A stretch of DNA of 64,000 nucleotides from Chloroflexota bacterium (lineage in GTDB: Bacteria > Chloroflexota > Limnocylindria > QHBO01): contig VBKA01000020.1 in the NCBI GenBank assembly GCA_005879815.1, positions 223 to 64,222 of the forward strand, written 5' to 3'. The notes beneath the pieces were generated by a model. It was not told the DNA's origin. It did no database searches and was given only the letters and a program-made list of their open reading frames with translations. This document shows, piece after piece, positions 29,367 through 38,082 of this stretch (position 1 is its first letter; each line of letters starts with the position of its first letter). Made by a program: the position numbers and the translations under genes.

Positions 29367-30851
29367 TCAATACGGGAAGGGAAACGACTTCGGCTCATCG
29401 CGGACGGTCACCCATTGCCACTGGGTGAACTCATCCCAGTTGGCGGCGCCGCCGAATCGGGTGCCATTGCCGGAGGAGCCCATCCCGCCGAACGGGATCG
29501 TGGCCTCGTCGTTCACGGTCTGGTCGTTCACGTGGACCATGCCCGCGCGGATCCGTTGGGCGAGCGCGAGCCCGCGCGAGATCGAGCGCGAGTAGACCGC
29601 ACCGGCGAGACCGTATTCGGTGTCGTTTGCGAGCGCGAGCGCCTCCTCGTCGGTCTCGAACACCACAACCGGCGCGACCGGGCCGAAGATCTCGTCGGTC
29701 CACGCCGGCAGCTCGCGCGTGACGTCGGTCAGGACCGTCGGCCGATAGAAGAGGCCGTCGTGCGTGCCGCCAACGACCAATCGGGCGCCGCCGTCGACCG
29801 ACCGCCGGACGATGCCGTCAACGCGCGCGAGCTGCTTCTCGTTCACGATTGGCCCGAGGTCGACGTCCGCGCGGTACGGGTCGCCCAACCGCAGGCGCTT
29901 CGCCCTTTCGACGAGTGCGTCCACGTAGTCGCCGGCGATGCTCCGATGGACGATATGGCGGCCCGTCGCGAAGCACACCTGTCCCTGGAACTGGAACGAG
30001 GCGTACGCTCCGGCTGACGCTGCTGCGTCGAGATCGGCGTCGTCGAGGACGACGAGCGCGTTGTTGCCACCGAGCTCGAGCGACACCTTCTTGAGCAGTC
30101 GGCCCGCTAGCTCGCCGACGCGCCGGCCAGCGGCCGTGGAGCCGGTGAATGAGACGACGTTCACGTTCGGATCGGTGACGATCGCCTCGCCGACCTCCGC
30201 GCCGCCGAGGACGACGTGCAGGAGGCCGTCGGGCAGACCGGCCTCGCGGAACACGGCCTCGAACATCGCGCCGCCACTGACCGGCGTCTGCGGGTCGGGC
30301 TTGAGCACGACCGCGTTTCCGAGCGCGAGAGCGGGCGCAACCACACGCATGCCAAGGACGCTCGGCGAGTTCCAGGGCGTAATTGCACCGACCACCCCGA
30401 CGGGGATTCGCCGGACCATCGACATCCGTTCGCGCTGGACGGTCGGGACGAGCGAGCCATAGGGCTGGTACGGCATCGTCGCAGCGGCGTGGATCTCAGC
30501 GACCGCGAAGTTCTGCTCGTGGAACACCTTGTTGCGGTGGGCGCCGGTCTCCCGCTGCGTCCAGGTCCCGAACTCCGGCCGGTGGGCCTCGTAGATCTCC
30601 GCCGCACGCCGGAGGATCGCCGCGCGATCGGCGTAGGTCACCTCGGCCCAGGCGGGTTGGGCGGCACCGGCCGTGGCCGCCGCCCGGGCGACGTCGTCGG
30701 GCGTTGCGTGCGGCAGGTTCAGGAGCGGGCGCCCGGTCGCGGGTTCACGGATCTCGTGCGGTTCGCCGGTGCCGGGCCGCCAGGTCTCGAGGAACGGGTC
30801 GAGCCAGCCGGCGGCGGCCGGGCTGGTCATCTCACGTGCTGTCGCCGCCAT
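29367..30851 (-). CDS. Aldehyde dehydrogenase (benzaldehyde DH-like)
   Basis: ITPWN, FTGST, LELGGN, FQGQVC, EIFGP, PFGG. GGAGG SD before ATG 30851. Confidence 0.93.
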   Translation of the reverse strand: MAATAREMTSPAAAGWLDPFLETWRPGTGEPHEIREPATGRPLLNLPHATPDDVARAAATAGAAQPAWAEVTYADRAAILRRAAEIYEAHRPEFGTWTQRETGAHRNKVFHEQNFAVAEIHAAATMPYQPYGSLVPTVQRERMSMVRRIPVGVVGAITPWNSPSVLGMRVVAPALALGNAVVLKPDPQTPVSGGAMFEAVFREAGLPDGLLHVVLGGAEVGEAIVTDPNVNVVSFTGSTAAGRRVGELAGRLLKKVSLELGGNNALVVLDDADLDAAASAGAYASFQFQGQVCFATGRHIVHRSIAGDYVDALVERAKRLRLGDPYRADVDLGPIVNEKQLARVDGIVRRSVDGGARLVVGGTHDGLFYRPTVLTDVTRELPAWTDEIFGPVAPVVVFETDEEALALANDTEYGLAGAVYSRSISRGLALAQRIRAGMVHVNDQTVNDEATIPFGGMGSSGNGTRFGGAANWDEFTQWQWVTVRDEPKSFPFPY

Positions 30852-31407
30852 CGTTTCCTCCTTGCGTCGACCCCGCGGTCGTCGACCAGACTCGTTCCTT
30901 GTACGTCCGTGGCGCGCCCGCCACCTCGGCTCGCCGGCCGGTAACCGGGTCGCGCCAGACAGGGCCTCGGGCAAGCACGGCGTCGATCAATCCCTCGTCG
31001 AGATAGGACGGGGCGCCGGACTTGACCTCGATCGCGAGCTGACCGGGATACCCGATGAGCTCGCGGACGCGCCGGTCCGTGTAGTAGCCGGCAACGATGA
31101 CGAGATGGAGCGCCCCGAGGATCGCAGGGTCGCCGCGGCCCAGGGCATCGAGGCGGGCCTGTACGTCGTCCCCGAGCTCGACCCGGAGCGCGCCGCGGAG
31201 TGGTTCAACGAGGTCGGGCCGTGCCTGGAGAACGAACCGCACACGGTCGTCGGTCAGGACCTCGGCCGCCGACGGCATGCCGTGCGCTTCCGGGATGAGG
31301 CGACCCGCGATTGCCGCGAGATGCGCACGGGAACCGGCGTCGAGCGTCGCGAGCGGCTCCGAACCGCCGGTCGTGGACATGGGCGAAGACGCGGACGACG
31401 CGGTCAT
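30832..31407 (-). CDS. Gluconate 2-dehydrogenase subunit-3-like partner of the GMC enzyme
   Basis: LAAIAGRLIP...MPSA, AGYYTD...IGYPG; coupled to the GMC gene. Confidence 0.75.
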   Translation of the reverse strand: MTASSASSPMSTTGGSEPLATLDAGSRAHLAAIAGRLIPEAHGMPSAAEVLTDDRVRFVLQARPDLVEPLRGALRVELGDDVQARLDALGRGDPAILGALHLVIVAGYYTDRRVRELIGYPGQLAIEVKSGAPSYLDEGLIDAVLARGPVWRDPVTGRRAEVAGAPRTYKERVWSTTAGSTQGGNDGGDST

Positions 31408-33014
31408 GCCGGGACCTGCTGGTTGAAGCGCGACTCGACAATGTGATCGGCCGCTCGCAACGCGATCGCCGCGATCGTCGACGTCGGGTTGACGCCAGAC
31501 GAGGTGACGAAACAGCTGCCATCGACGATGTACAGGTTCGGCACGTCGTGGGTCCGATTCCAGGGATCCAGCACCGACGTCTCCGGGTCGTCGCCCATGC
31601 GGGCCGTGCCGAGCAGGTGCCAGCCCGAGTAGCGCATAAGCCGGTCGACCTCGACCTTGAATGCGCCCGCCTCGAGCATCGATTCGGTCGCCCGCTCGAT
31701 GTGGAAGTCGAGCATCCGGCGGGCATTCTCCGCCATCGAGTAATGGACCTCGGGCGCTGGGATGCCCGACGAATCGGTCACCGTGGTCGAAAGCGTGACG
31801 CGGTTCGTCTCGTCCGGGAGGTCCTCGGCGAAGATGCCCCAGTTCGCGCCGTGTCCGAGGTGCGTCCTGACGTGGAGGTGGTGGTCGGGTCCCCAGACCT
31901 GTTCGCCGGCGCGACTCGGCAGGGCGGTGTTGATCGGGCCGCCGGTCGGCGCCAGCCCCCAGCGCGCACCTCGGACGAAGCCTCGCTTCTCATCGGTCTC
32001 GTAGAACTCGAGTGACTCGATGAGGTCGCCGAACTGGCCCTGCCAGCTCATCAGGGGCTCCTCGAACAAACCGGCGACGTTCGCGAACGGGTGCATCATC
32101 AGCCGCCTTCCGACGAGCCCCGACGAATTGGCCAGGCCGTCGGGATACCGGCCGCTGGCCGAGAGCAGGAGCAGCCGCGGCGTGCCGATCGCGTTCGCGG
32201 CTAGCACGACGACGCTCGCCGGCTCGAACCGCTCGGCCCCTTCCCGGTCGATCCAGGTCGCTCCAGTCGCCAATCCGGCATCGTTCGTCTCGATCCGCCG
32301 GACGCGGGCGCCAGTGATGAGTCGGGCGCCCTTCGCGATCGCCTTCGGCCAGTGGGTCAGATCCGTCGATGCCTTTGCCCCCTCGTTGCAGCCCGACTGG
32401 CACGTGCTGCGCTGAACGCACGGCCGCCGGCCGTCGTAGGGGGTTGAGTTGATCGCGTTGAACTCAGGCCACCAGTGCCAGCCCAGACGTGTGTGGGCAC
32501 GGGCGATCTTCAGGCCGGCCGAGCCGATCGGCAGCGGAGGCATCGGCGCTTCATCGGTGTCGGGCGGATAAGCCGGATCGCCGGGCAGGGCCGAGACACC
32601 GAACGCCCGGTCCGTCCGATAGAAGTAGGGCAGGAGCTCGAAATAGTCGATCGGCCAGTCGTCAGCCACGCCGTCGAGCGATCGAACGCGGAAGTCGGAA
32701 GGAAGGGCTCGCGGCCAGGCACCGGCGAAGATGAGGGTCGACCCGCCGACGCCGTTGAACATGAGCGGCGAGACCGGCGAGTCCTCGACGATCGGGTAGT
32801 CCTCGGGCAGCTGCCGGATGTTCGGGCTCGTCGCCCACGTCTTCCGCTGCTGGAGCTCCCAATCGAGGCGAACACCCGGGTAGTCGGCCAGGTCGTGCCA
32901 GTCGCCCTGCTCGAGACAAACGACGCGGAACCCTGCCTCGGCGAGCCGCAGCGCGACCACGGCACCGGATGCACCGGCGCCGACGATGAGCACGTCGGCG
33001 GGTTCGCTGGCCAC
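31404..33014 (-). CDS. GMC family oxidoreductase
   Basis: VGAGASG, GVGGSTL, Cys cluster CVQRSTCQSGC, HLLGTARMG, NLYIVDGS...NPTSTI. Confidence 0.93.
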   Translation of the reverse strand: MASEPADVLIVGAGASGAVVALRLAEAGFRVVCLEQGDWHDLADYPGVRLDWELQQRKTWATSPNIRQLPEDYPIVEDSPVSPLMFNGVGGSTLIFAGAWPRALPSDFRVRSLDGVADDWPIDYFELLPYFYRTDRAFGVSALPGDPAYPPDTDEAPMPPLPIGSAGLKIARAHTRLGWHWWPEFNAINSTPYDGRRPCVQRSTCQSGCNEGAKASTDLTHWPKAIAKGARLITGARVRRIETNDAGLATGATWIDREGAERFEPASVVVLAANAIGTPRLLLLSASGRYPDGLANSSGLVGRRLMMHPFANVAGLFEEPLMSWQGQFGDLIESLEFYETDEKRGFVRGARWGLAPTGGPINTALPSRAGEQVWGPDHHLHVRTHLGHGANWGIFAEDLPDETNRVTLSTTVTDSSGIPAPEVHYSMAENARRMLDFHIERATESMLEAGAFKVEVDRLMRYSGWHLLGTARMGDDPETSVLDPWNRTHDVPNLYIVDGSCFVTSSGVNPTSTIAAIALRAADHIVESRFNQQVPA

Positions 33015-33111
33015 TGTCCACTACTCCGCTGGGTCGAAGCGCGGTCGTTGCCCTCTCGCCCGCAGGGTATAGCAAACGCCTGCTTCTTGCCCGCGCATGA
33101 GAGCGGTGCGT

Positions 33112-34050
33112 TCAGGCGATGGTCTCAGCGTCCTCCCGCTCGCCAAGCAGCCCGACCTCGCGGAGCACATCGGCAAGGCGCGCTCGATCTGCGTCGGTGA
33201 TCGGCAGAAGCGGCTTGCGGACGTGCGCGGTCTCGAGGACGCCGAGGATCCGCAGGCATTCCTTAAGGCGGACGCGATAGTCGCCGACAGGTCGGGCGAA
33301 CACGACGTCAGCCAGCCGCTGAACACGCTTGCCGAGTGCCTTCGCTTCATCGATCCGGCCACCATGCCAGGCGTCGATCATGTCGACCTGCTCCTGCGTC
33401 ATCACGGCCCCGAACCCGATCAACGCCCCAGTCGCGCCCAGCATGAACGACTCGAGGATGAAGTTGTCATTACCGGTGAGCAGCTTGATCGACCGCGGCA
33501 GGCCGGCGAGGATTCGCGCCGTCTCGACGAACCGCCGCGCGTCGAACGACGCCTCCTTGATCGCGACGACGCCCTCCACCGACGCCATCGCCCGGATCGT
33601 GTCGGGTTCGTAGTTCAGCCCGGCCAGCGCCGGCTGGAGCTGGAACAGGATCAAGGGGAGCCCGACCTGGGCGATCGCCTCGTGGTACTGGACAGGGATG
33701 CGGGGATCAAGCGGCTCGCTGAGGTATGCCGGTATCGGGAACACCAGGAGTGCGTTCGCGCCCGCAGCCTTGAAGTCCCTGGCCTGGCGGACTGCGGCGT
33801 CGGTGGACGGCCCTGCGAGTCCCGCGACGATGGGCAGGTCGGTCACGTCGCGCACGATGTTCAGGACTCGGATCTTCTCGTCGTGCGTCAGGTGCGGGCC
33901 CTCGCCGGTGTCGACGTTGATCGCCAGCGCGACGGGACCCTGCCGATCGATCCAGCCGATGTACGAGCGGAGCCCGTCCTCGTCGATGCTGCCATCGACG
34001 TGCATCGGCAGGACCGTGGCCGGGATCAGGCCGTCGAGGTTGAGCGCCAT
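33112..34050 (-). CDS. DapA/NAL-family aldolase or dehydratase
   Basis: GLIPATVLP..DGSIDE, TGEG, AIKEAS (Schiff-base Lys), LLTGND. Confidence 0.88.
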   Translation of the reverse strand: MALNLDGLIPATVLPMHVDGSIDEDGLRSYIGWIDRQGPVALAINVDTGEGPHLTHDEKIRVLNIVRDVTDLPIVAGLAGPSTDAAVRQARDFKAAGANALLVFPIPAYLSEPLDPRIPVQYHEAIAQVGLPLILFQLQPALAGLNYEPDTIRAMASVEGVVAIKEASFDARRFVETARILAGLPRSIKLLTGNDNFILESFMLGATGALIGFGAVMTQEQVDMIDAWHGGRIDEAKALGKRVQRLADVVFARPVGDYRVRLKECLRILGVLETAHVRKPLLPITDADRARLADVLREVGLLGEREDAETIA

Positions 34051-34103
34051 TGGTCTCCGGATCGTTCGTTTCGAGTGGGGGGCGAGCCAATCCTACGGCC
34101 GCG

Positions 34104-34133
34104 TTGACGGTGCGTTCGCGGCAGAAGTATTCT
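34104..34133 (+). promoter_or_regulatory. sigma70-type promoter for the SDR-MBL unit
   Basis: TTGACG-N18-TATTCT. A divergent TAGGAT -10 box lies at 34090-34095 on the minus strand. Confidence 0.55.
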
Positions 34134-34229
34134 CGATGGCCAACCAGACTGGCAAAGCTGTCCGGTCCACACGCTCGTCGAGCGACTGCCCGTCAGTACC
34201 CCTCCTCGGCCGATTTTCGCTGGAGAACG

Positions 34230-35015
34230 ATGGCCCAGTTCGCCCTGTTCAGCCTCGACGGCCGCGTCGCCCTTGTCTCAGGCGGCGGTGGTGCGATCGG
34301 CTCTGCTCTCGCCGAGGGCCTCGCCGCAGCGGGCGCTCGGGTTGCCGTCAGCGGACGAACGCCTGAGAGCTGCGAGGCCGCGGTCGAGCGCGTCCGTTCG
34401 GCGGGGTCGGAGGGCCTCGCTCTGCAGGGCGACATGACGGTCGATGCCGATGCCGACCGGGTCGTAGCACAGACGCTCGAGAGGTTTGGGCGCCTCGACA
34501 TCGTCGTGAACGCGGTCGGGGGTGGAGCAGGCCAGGTCCTGCATCCAGCCGAAGAGTACCCGCGCTCGGACTGGGACTGGATCATGGAGCTCAACGTCCG
34601 GAGCACCGTGGTAACCACGCAGGCCGCAGTCCGGTCAATGATCGCGGCCGGGCACGGTGGCGCCGTGCTCAACCTCTCGTCGGTCCGCTCGATCCTGGGT
34701 ATCAACGCAGGCTACTCGGCATACGTGGCGGCGAAGGGCGCGATCAGCTCGTTGACTCGGCAGTGGGCGACGGAATGGGCGACATACGGGATCCGGGTCA
34801 ACGCCATCATGCCGACCTTCGTCGATACGCCGCAGGTCGCGTCGCTGCTGGCTGACGCGGACTTCAAGGCCGACCTCGTGAGCCGAATCCCGCTCGGTCG
34901 GGTCGGCGAGACGAAGGATCTCGTGGGTCCGGCGATCTTCCTGTGCTCCGATGCGGCGTCGTTCGTGACTGGCCAGATCCTGGGCATCGACGGCGGGCTC
35001 ACCGCCACGCAGTAG
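34230..35015 (+). CDS. SDR family oxidoreductase (gluconate 5-dehydrogenase/KduD-like)
   Basis: FSLDGRVALVSGGGGAIG, YVAAK, WATEWA..GIRVN, IPLGR, IDGG. Confidence 0.9.
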   Translation: MAQFALFSLDGRVALVSGGGGAIGSALAEGLAAAGARVAVSGRTPESCEAAVERVRSAGSEGLALQGDMTVDADADRVVAQTLERFGRLDIVVNAVGGGAGQVLHPAEEYPRSDWDWIMELNVRSTVVTTQAAVRSMIAAGHGGAVLNLSSVRSILGINAGYSAYVAAKGAISSLTRQWATEWATYGIRVNAIMPTFVDTPQVASLLADADFKADLVSRIPLGRVGETKDLVGPAIFLCSDAASFVTGQILGIDGGLTATQ

Positions 35016-35031
35016 GAGGGAGCCAGGCCCG

Positions 35032-35928
35032 ATGGCAGTCGCCACTCTCGAGCTCGAGCGCGTGACGCCGAACGTCTTCACGACGACGAAGCTGCGCGGC
35101 TGCAACCCGAGCTTCGTGGTGACGTCCGATGGCGTTGTCCAGCTCGACACGCCGCAGCTGCCGACTCGGGCAGTCGCCATGCGGGCGGAGGCCGAATCGC
35201 ACGGCCCGATCCGGTACCTGATCAACACCGAGAATCACGTCGATCACATCTTCGGCAACTGGTGGTTCCGGGACGCCGGCGAGATCGTCAATCACCAGGC
35301 GCTCTACGACATCTTCATGGACCCCAGTGCGGCACTCGACCCGTTCTCCTACGCGCTCGAGGCAATTCCGACAGACGACCCCGAGGCGGCGCCGCTCATC
35401 CCCGATCGCGAGGCCTACTACGCGGATCTACCGCGGGGGACGGTCGTCTTTAGCGGCGACCTCACGCTGCGGGTGGGCGACCACACGTTCCATTGCCTGT
35501 GGACGCCGGGTCACACGCCCGGGCAGCTCGCGGTGCATGTGCCCGAGGAGAGGGTGGTCTTCACGGGCGACACGATCTTCTCTGGCTGCCAGACGTGGCT
35601 CATGACGTCGAACGTCGACCAATGGCTCGAGGCGCTCGAGCGGATCCGGCAGCTCGACGTCGATCACGTGGTCCCAGGGCACGGGCCCGTCGTACCGCTC
35701 GGCTACATCGACACCCAGCGCGCGGTGCTGCTGCGCTGGAAGGCCGCCGTCGCCGACGCGGTCGCCAAGGGCTGGTCGCGCGAGGAGACGATCGCCCAGG
35801 TCCGGTTCGACGACGAGTTCGGACCGGTCGACGTCGGACAGGGCTACATGATGGATCACATCCAGAACAACAACGCCGGCTCGCTCTGGGACAAGCTCAC
35901 CGCGAAGGGGTACGAGAAGGGCCGCTGA
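35032..35928 (+). CDS. MBL-fold metallo-hydrolase
   Basis: INTENHVDH, TPGHT, FTGD, VPGHG. Confidence 0.88.
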   Translation: MAVATLELERVTPNVFTTTKLRGCNPSFVVTSDGVVQLDTPQLPTRAVAMRAEAESHGPIRYLINTENHVDHIFGNWWFRDAGEIVNHQALYDIFMDPSAALDPFSYALEAIPTDDPEAAPLIPDREAYYADLPRGTVVFSGDLTLRVGDHTFHCLWTPGHTPGQLAVHVPEERVVFTGDTIFSGCQTWLMTSNVDQWLEALERIRQLDVDHVVPGHGPVVPLGYIDTQRAVLLRWKAAVADAVAKGWSREETIAQVRFDDEFGPVDVGQGYMMDHIQNNNAGSLWDKLTAKGYEKGR

Positions 35929-35973
35929 GCCTCAGGCGACGCCGGGTCAATGGTCTGCAGTTTGGATCTGGCG

Positions 35974-38082
35974 CTAAGCGCGACCCCCTGCAACTTCTTG
36001 CTCACGCGTTCGGCCGGCGAGTTGGATGAGGTCCTCGTGGAGCTCGAACCAGACGCCGTGGTAGCTGTCGACGCGGGGAGATGCCACGTACCGATGATCG
36101 CCGCCACGCGCCTTCCCGATCGCGCGGCCGAGGCGGAGGCGGTAGTTGGCGAGGCGCGGATTGCCCGATTCGAGCGGGGTGAGCCAGCCAACAGCGTCGT
36201 CGTGGAGCGAACCGAGGCGATCCAGGACGGCTCGGTCGTAATCGGCGTCCAAGTGGTCGTTGAGGGTCTCGGCGTCGCGCATCTGCCAAGCCGTGACCGT
36301 GTCTTTCATCCGGTGGTCAAGATCGAGGAAGGCATCGAGAGCCGCCGCCGTGGCCTCGGGACCCCACGCCTCCCGCTCGGCTTCCAGCAACTCCCCGGCG
36401 CGAACCTTTCCGACATCGGTCAACTTGTACGCGCCGGCCGTATTCGCCACGAGGCCATCCGCGACGAGCTGGTCCGCGATCGGGCGGACTGCTTCGTGGT
36501 TCGAAACGACGGCGTCGGCCAGACCTTCGAGCGGCGCGAAGCCCTTCACTGCGATTGCCCGCAGACACGCCTCCCGGGTGACGACGCGATTCGGCGCCGG
36601 CTCGGCTGGGGACGTCTGCTCGCCAATGGCGATCCCCAGCTCGTCGGCCCATTGACGCAGCGTCGCGGCTTCAGGGACGACCTCCGTCGAACCCGCGACC
36701 AGTCCCACGAAGACCTCGCCCGTCGAGCCATCCATCGTCAGGGCCTCGCCCGCCCGCAGGATTCGCTCGCCCACCACCACCTCGTCGTCGCGCACCTCGA
36801 TGGACGCCGCGCCAACGATGGCCGGAATCCCCCAGCCCCGCGCGACGACAGCGGCATGACTCGCCAGCCCGCCCCTCGACGTGAGGATGCCCGCCGCCTT
36901 TGCAATTCCGTGTACGTCTTCCGGCGACGTTTCGGCCCGCACGAGAATCGACGGGCTCCCTCGCTCGGCTGACTCGACCGCTGCTTCCGGATTTGTGACG
37001 ATCGGACCGCTGGCTGTCCCAGGCGACGCCGGCAGGCCGACGACGATTGGTTGGCCGGAGTGACCGCGGAGGGTTGCCACGGTCGGTGGGTGAGCCAGGA
37101 GGGCGAGGACGCGTCGGACGGCCTGCTCACGCGTCAGCGGGGAGCTCGGATCCTCGGCCATGTCGACCGCGATCCGAAGCGCCGCCTGCGGGCTGCGCTT
37201 GCCCACGCGGACCTGGAGTAGCCAAAGGCGCCCGGCCTCGATCGTGAACTCGATGTCGCACAGATCGGCGTGGTGGCGTTCGAGGCGGTCCGCGTCCTCG
37301 CGCAACTCGTCCGCGATGTCAGGCATCCGCTCGTCGAGGACGAGGATCGATTCGGTCTCGTGCGTGCCCGCGACGACGTCCTCGCCCTGGGCGTCGAACA
37401 GGACATCGCCGTAGAGCCCCGGCTCGCCGGTCGCCGGATTTCGGGTGAAGACGACGCCCGTCGCCGACGTCGGGCCGAGGTTGCCGAACACCATCGTCTG
37501 CACGGTGATGGCCGTCCCCAGGTTGTCCGGGATCCGTTCCGTGCGCCGGTAGGCGACCGCGCGATCGCTGTTCCACGAGCGGAAGACAGCCTCGATCGCA
37601 GAGCGGAGCTGTTGCCACGGGTCGTCAGGAACGTCCTCGACCCCGACAATCGATCGAAAGCTCGCCTCGAACCGCTTGCGACATGCGCGTGCAAACCCCA
37701 CGCTGCCCGAGGCCCGGGCAAGGCCGACGGTCGTCGACTCGTTCAGGCCGAGATCGAGGATGGTGTCCATCATCCCTGGCATCGAGACCGGCGCCCCGGA
37801 ACGCACGCTGACGAGGAGCGGATCCGATGGATCGCCGAACCGCCGTCCGACCTTTGCCTCGACTTCGGCCATCCGCTCGCGCAGCTCCGTGTCCAGCCGG
37901 GCAGACCAACCCTCGGCCAGGAACTCACGACACGTCGCGGTAGTGATGACGAACCCGGGCGGGACCGGAAGGCCAAGCTCACGGATCATGACGCCGAGGT
38001 TCGCAGCCTTGCCCCCGACCAAAGCGTTCGCCTCCTCGAGCGTTGCCGAATGAGCCGCCTCGAGGGGGTGGGTGAGCGTCAT
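35974..38082 (-). CDS. PPDK-like protein (ATP-grasp plus phospho-His domains, no pyruvate barrel) fused to a C-terminal Rv1126c-like wHTH/helical domain
   Basis: GGKAANL, VSVRSGA.VSMPGMMDT, QGEDVVAG, DIEFTIE, GGLASHAAVVARG, then AIAVKG...WQMRD..NDH.D.DYD...DSYHGVWFELHEDLI. The ATG overlaps the upstream stop codon (ATGA). Confidence 0.85.
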   Translation of the reverse strand: MTLTHPLEAAHSATLEEANALVGGKAANLGVMIRELGLPVPPGFVITTATCREFLAEGWSARLDTELRERMAEVEAKVGRRFGDPSDPLLVSVRSGAPVSMPGMMDTILDLGLNESTTVGLARASGSVGFARACRKRFEASFRSIVGVEDVPDDPWQQLRSAIEAVFRSWNSDRAVAYRRTERIPDNLGTAITVQTMVFGNLGPTSATGVVFTRNPATGEPGLYGDVLFDAQGEDVVAGTHETESILVLDERMPDIADELREDADRLERHHADLCDIEFTIEAGRLWLLQVRVGKRSPQAALRIAVDMAEDPSSPLTREQAVRRVLALLAHPPTVATLRGHSGQPIVVGLPASPGTASGPIVTNPEAAVESAERGSPSILVRAETSPEDVHGIAKAAGILTSRGGLASHAAVVARGWGIPAIVGAASIEVRDDEVVVGERILRAGEALTMDGSTGEVFVGLVAGSTEVVPEAATLRQWADELGIAIGEQTSPAEPAPNRVVTREACLRAIAVKGFAPLEGLADAVVSNHEAVRPIADQLVADGLVANTAGAYKLTDVGKVRAGELLEAEREAWGPEATAAALDAFLDLDHRMKDTVTAWQMRDAETLNDHLDADYDRAVLDRLGSLHDDAVGWLTPLESGNPRLANYRLRLGRAIGKARGGDHRYVASPRVDSYHGVWFELHEDLIQLAGRTREQEVAGGRA

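Noticed and set aside
22526..33014. Mycofactocin locus (creatininase plus GMC plus SDR)
   Set aside because: No MftA precursor, radical SAM MftC or MftB/D/F in the window.
35974..38082. Assigning the gene symbol ppdK
   Set aside because: The pyruvate/PEP-binding barrel is absent, so canonical PPDK function is unsupported.
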